Source: Eledone cirrhosa (lineage: Eukaryota). Taken from it: a stretch of DNA of 64,000 nt. Below the pieces are notes generated by a model. That model worked only from the letters and a program-made list of their open reading frames with translations. It ran no database searches and was not told the DNA's origin. Each line of letters starts with the position of its first letter. Position 1 is the first letter of the stretch. Both the position numbers and the translations under genes were made by a program. The stretch covers positions 28,272,001 to 28,336,000 of the forward strand of contig OZ024741.1 in assembly GCA_964016885.1 (NCBI GenBank), given 5' to 3'. Positions 60,701 through 64,000 of the stretch are shown here, in pieces.

Positions 60701-63700
60701 GTACTACAGTGTAGGTTATTGGTATATAACTGGTATATATAGGGATATAACTACATATACAGATACTGTCAGTCTTACTACAGTATAGGTTATTGGTATA
60801 TAACTGGTATATATAGGGATATAACTACACATAGATACTGTCAGTGTTACTAGAGTGTAGGTTATTGGTATATAACTGGTATATATAGGGATATAACTAC
60901 ATATAGATACTGTCAGTGGTACTACAGTGTAGTTTATTGGTAGATAACTGGTATATATAGGGATATAACTACATATAGATACTGTCAGTGGTACTACAGT
61001 GTAGGTTATTGGTAGATAACTGGTATATATAGGGATATAACTACATATAGATACTGTCAGTGGTACTACAGTGTAGGTTATTGGTATATAACTGGTAAAT
61101 ATAGGGATATAACTACACATAGATACTGATAGTGGTACTACAGTGTAGGCTATTGGTATATAACTGGTATATATAGGGATATAACTACATATAGATGCTG
61201 TCAGTGGTACTACAGTGTAGGTTATTGGTAGATAACTGGTATATATAGGGATATAACTACATATAGATACTGTCAGTGGTACTACAGTGTAGGTTATTGG
61301 TATATAACTGGTATATATAGGGATATAACTACACATAGATACTGACAGTGGTACTACAGTGTAGGTTATTGGTATATAACTGGAATATATAGGGATATAA
61401 CTACATATAGATATTGTCAGTGGTACTACAGTGTAGGTTATTGGTATATAACTGGTATATATAGGGATATAACTACATATAGATACTGTCAGTGGTACTA
61501 CAGTGTAGGTAATTGGTATATAACTGGTATATATAGGGATATAACTACATATAGATACTATCAGTGGTACTACAGTGTAGGTTATTGGTATATAACTGGT
61601 ATATATAGGGATATAACTACATACAGATACTGTCAGTGGTACTACAGTGTAGGTTATTGGTATATAACTGGTATATATAGGGATATATATAAATATACAG
61701 GTACTGTCAGTCTTACTACAGTGTAGGTTTTTGGTATATAACTGATATATATAGAGATATAACTACATATACAGATACTGTCAGTCTTACTACAGTGTAG
61801 GTTATTGGTAGATAACTGGTATATATAGGGATATAACTACATATAGATACTGTCAGTGGTACTACAGTGTAGGTTATTGGTATATAACTGGTATATATAG
61901 GGATATAACTACATATAGATACTGTCAGTGGTACTACAGTGTAGGTTATTGGTAGATAACTGGTATATATAAGGATATAACTACACATAGACACTGTCAG
62001 TGGTACTATAGTGTAGGTTATTGGTAGATCACTGGTATATATAGGGATATAACTACACATAGATACTGTCAGTGGTACTAGAGTGTAGGTTATTGGTATA
62101 TAACTGGTATATATAGGGATATAACTACATATAGATACAGTCAGTGGCACTACAGTGTAGGTCATTGGTATATAACTTGTATATATAGGGATATAACTAC
62201 ATATAGATACTGCCAGTGGTACTACAGTGTAGGTTATTGGTATATAACTGGTATATATAGGGATATAACTACACATAGATACTGAGAGTGGTACTACAGT
62301 GTAGGTTATTCGTAGATAACTGGTATATAGAGGGATATAACTACACATAGATACTGACAGTGGTATTACAGTGTAGGTTATTGGTATATAACTGGAATAT
62401 ATAGGGACGTAACTACATATAGATATTGTCAGTGGTACTACAGTGTAGGTTATTGGTATATAACTGGTATATATAGGGATATAACTTCATATAGATACTG
62501 TTAGTGGTACTACAGTGTAGGTTATTGGTATATGACTGGTATATATAGGGATATAACTACATATAGATACTGTCAGTGGTACTACAGTGTAGGTTATTGG
62601 TATATAACTGGTATATATAGGGATATAACTACATATAGATACTGACAATGGTACTACAGTGTAGGTTATTGGTATATAACTGGTATATATAGGGATATAA
62701 CTACATACAGATACTGTCAGTGGTACTACAGTGTAGGTTATTAGTATATAACTGGTATATATAGGGATATAACTACACATAGATACTGACAGTGGTACCA
62801 CAGTGTAGGTTATTGGTATATAACTGGTATATATAGGGATATAACTATATATAGATACTGTCAGTGGTACTACAGTGTAGGCTATTGGTATATAACTGGT
62901 ATATATAGGGATACAACTACATATAGATACTGTCAGTGGTACTACAGTGTAGGTTATTGGTATATAACTGGTATATATAGGGATATAACTACATATACAG
63001 ATACTGTCAGTCTTACTACAGTATAGGTTATTGGTATATAACTGGTATATATAGGGATATAACTACACATAGATACTGTCAGTGGTACTACAGTGTAGGC
63101 TATTGGTATATAACTGGTATATATAGGGATATAATTACATATAGATACTGTCAGTGGTACTACAGTGTAGGTTATTGGTATATAACTTGTATATATAGGG
63201 ATATAACTACATACAGATACTGTCAGTGGTAATACAGTGTAGGTTATTGGTAGATAACTGGTATATATAGGGATATAACTACACATAGATACTGTCAGTG
63301 TTACTAGAGTGTAGGTTATTGGTATATAACTGGTATATATAGGGATATAACTACATATAGATACTGTCAGTGGTACTACAGTGTAGTTTATTGGTAGATA
63401 ACTGGTATATATAGGGATATAACTACATATAGATACTGTCAGTGGTACTACAGTGTAGGTTATTGGTAGATAACTGGTATATATAGGGATATAACTACAT
63501 ATAGATACTGTCAGTGGTACTACAGTGTAGGTTATTGGTATATAACTGGTATATATAGGGATATAACTACATATAGATACTGTCAGTGGTACTACAGTGT
63601 AGGTTATTGGTATATAACTGGTATATATAGGGATATAACTACACATAGATACTGACAGTGGTAGTACAGTGTAGGTTATTGGTATATAACTGGAATATAT

Positions 63701-64000
63701 AGGGATATAACTAGATATAGATACTGTCAGTGGTACTACAGTGTAGGCTATTGGTAGATAACTGGTATATATAGGGATATAACTACATATAGATATTGTC
63801 AGTGGTAATACAGTGTAGGTTATTGGTATATACCTGGTATATATAGGGATATAACTACATACAGATACTGTCAGTGGTACTACAGTTTAGGTTATTAGTA
63901 TATAACTGGTATATATAGGGATATAACTACGCATAGATACTGACAGTGGTACTACAGTGTAGGTTATTGGTATATAACTGGTATATATAGGGATATAACT

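Larger units (their letters stand above)
5972..64000. repeat. Satellite DNA array, 72-bp monomer, about 800 head-to-tail copies, continuing past the window end
   Basis: Consensus GTAGGTTATTGGTATATAACTGGTATATATAGGGATATAACTACATATAGATACTGTCAGTGGTACTACAGT (23/72 G+C, no CpG). Most monomers carry only a few substitutions; 74-bp and rare 71/73-bp variants occur. I saw no inversion or foreign insertion. Confidence 0.99.

Noticed and set aside
5927-63646. Long minus-strand ORFs (up to 662 aa) of repeating CSYIPIYTSYIPITYTVVPLTVSI, and plus-strand YYSVGYWYITGIYRDITTYRYCQW ORFs
   Set aside because: 72 is divisible by 3 and the consensus has stop-free frames, so ORFs arise automatically. They are broken every 0.2-2 kb by 74/71-bp monomers and stop variants (for example GGATTTAAC, CAGTTTAGG, AACTTCAT), and have no unique termini or recognisable domain. 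Ribo-seq or proteomics evidence would be needed to reopen this.
5972-64000. CRISPR-like array (72-bp period, partially palindromic unit)
   Set aside because: The whole unit is conserved with no unique spacers, there are no cas genes, and the context is eukaryotic.
5972-64000. Telomeric repeat relationship (TAGGTTA, TAGGG and occasional TTAGG in monomers) and TATA-box promoters (TATATAA)
   Set aside because: There are no tandem TTAGGG or TTAGG runs; such short motifs are expected by chance in an AT-rich monomer and have no associated gene.

Overview
Eukaryotic, gene-free, repeat-dominated window; no protein-coding gene is supported. Bases 1-5971 are a microsatellite-rich flank with (CA)n, (TA)n, (TATG)n and (GA)n tracts. 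The flank also holds degraded tRNA-derived SINE-like fragments that I recall as octopus/cephalopod-type (from memory, not searched) and a ~590-bp complex-sequence insert. From ~5972 to the window end (58 kb, about 800 monomers, one orientation) there is a single satellite with a 72-bp consensus, GTAGGTTATTGGTATATAACTGGTATATATAGGGATATAACTACATATAGATACTGTCAGTGGTACTACAGT. Diagnostic variants show nested higher-order repeats whose period changes along the array (offsets of 28, 31, 58, 39, 40, 36, 30, 25 and 31 monomers, plus a ~7.5-kb super-block). They also show a ~7-monomer cassette reused about 30 times, a chimeric HOR copy consistent with unequal exchange, and a monomer that can fold into an imperfect 45-nt hairpin. 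All listed ORFs are best explained as repeat artefacts. I see no evidence for a new gene-based system; the candidate novelty is the architecture of the satellite itself.
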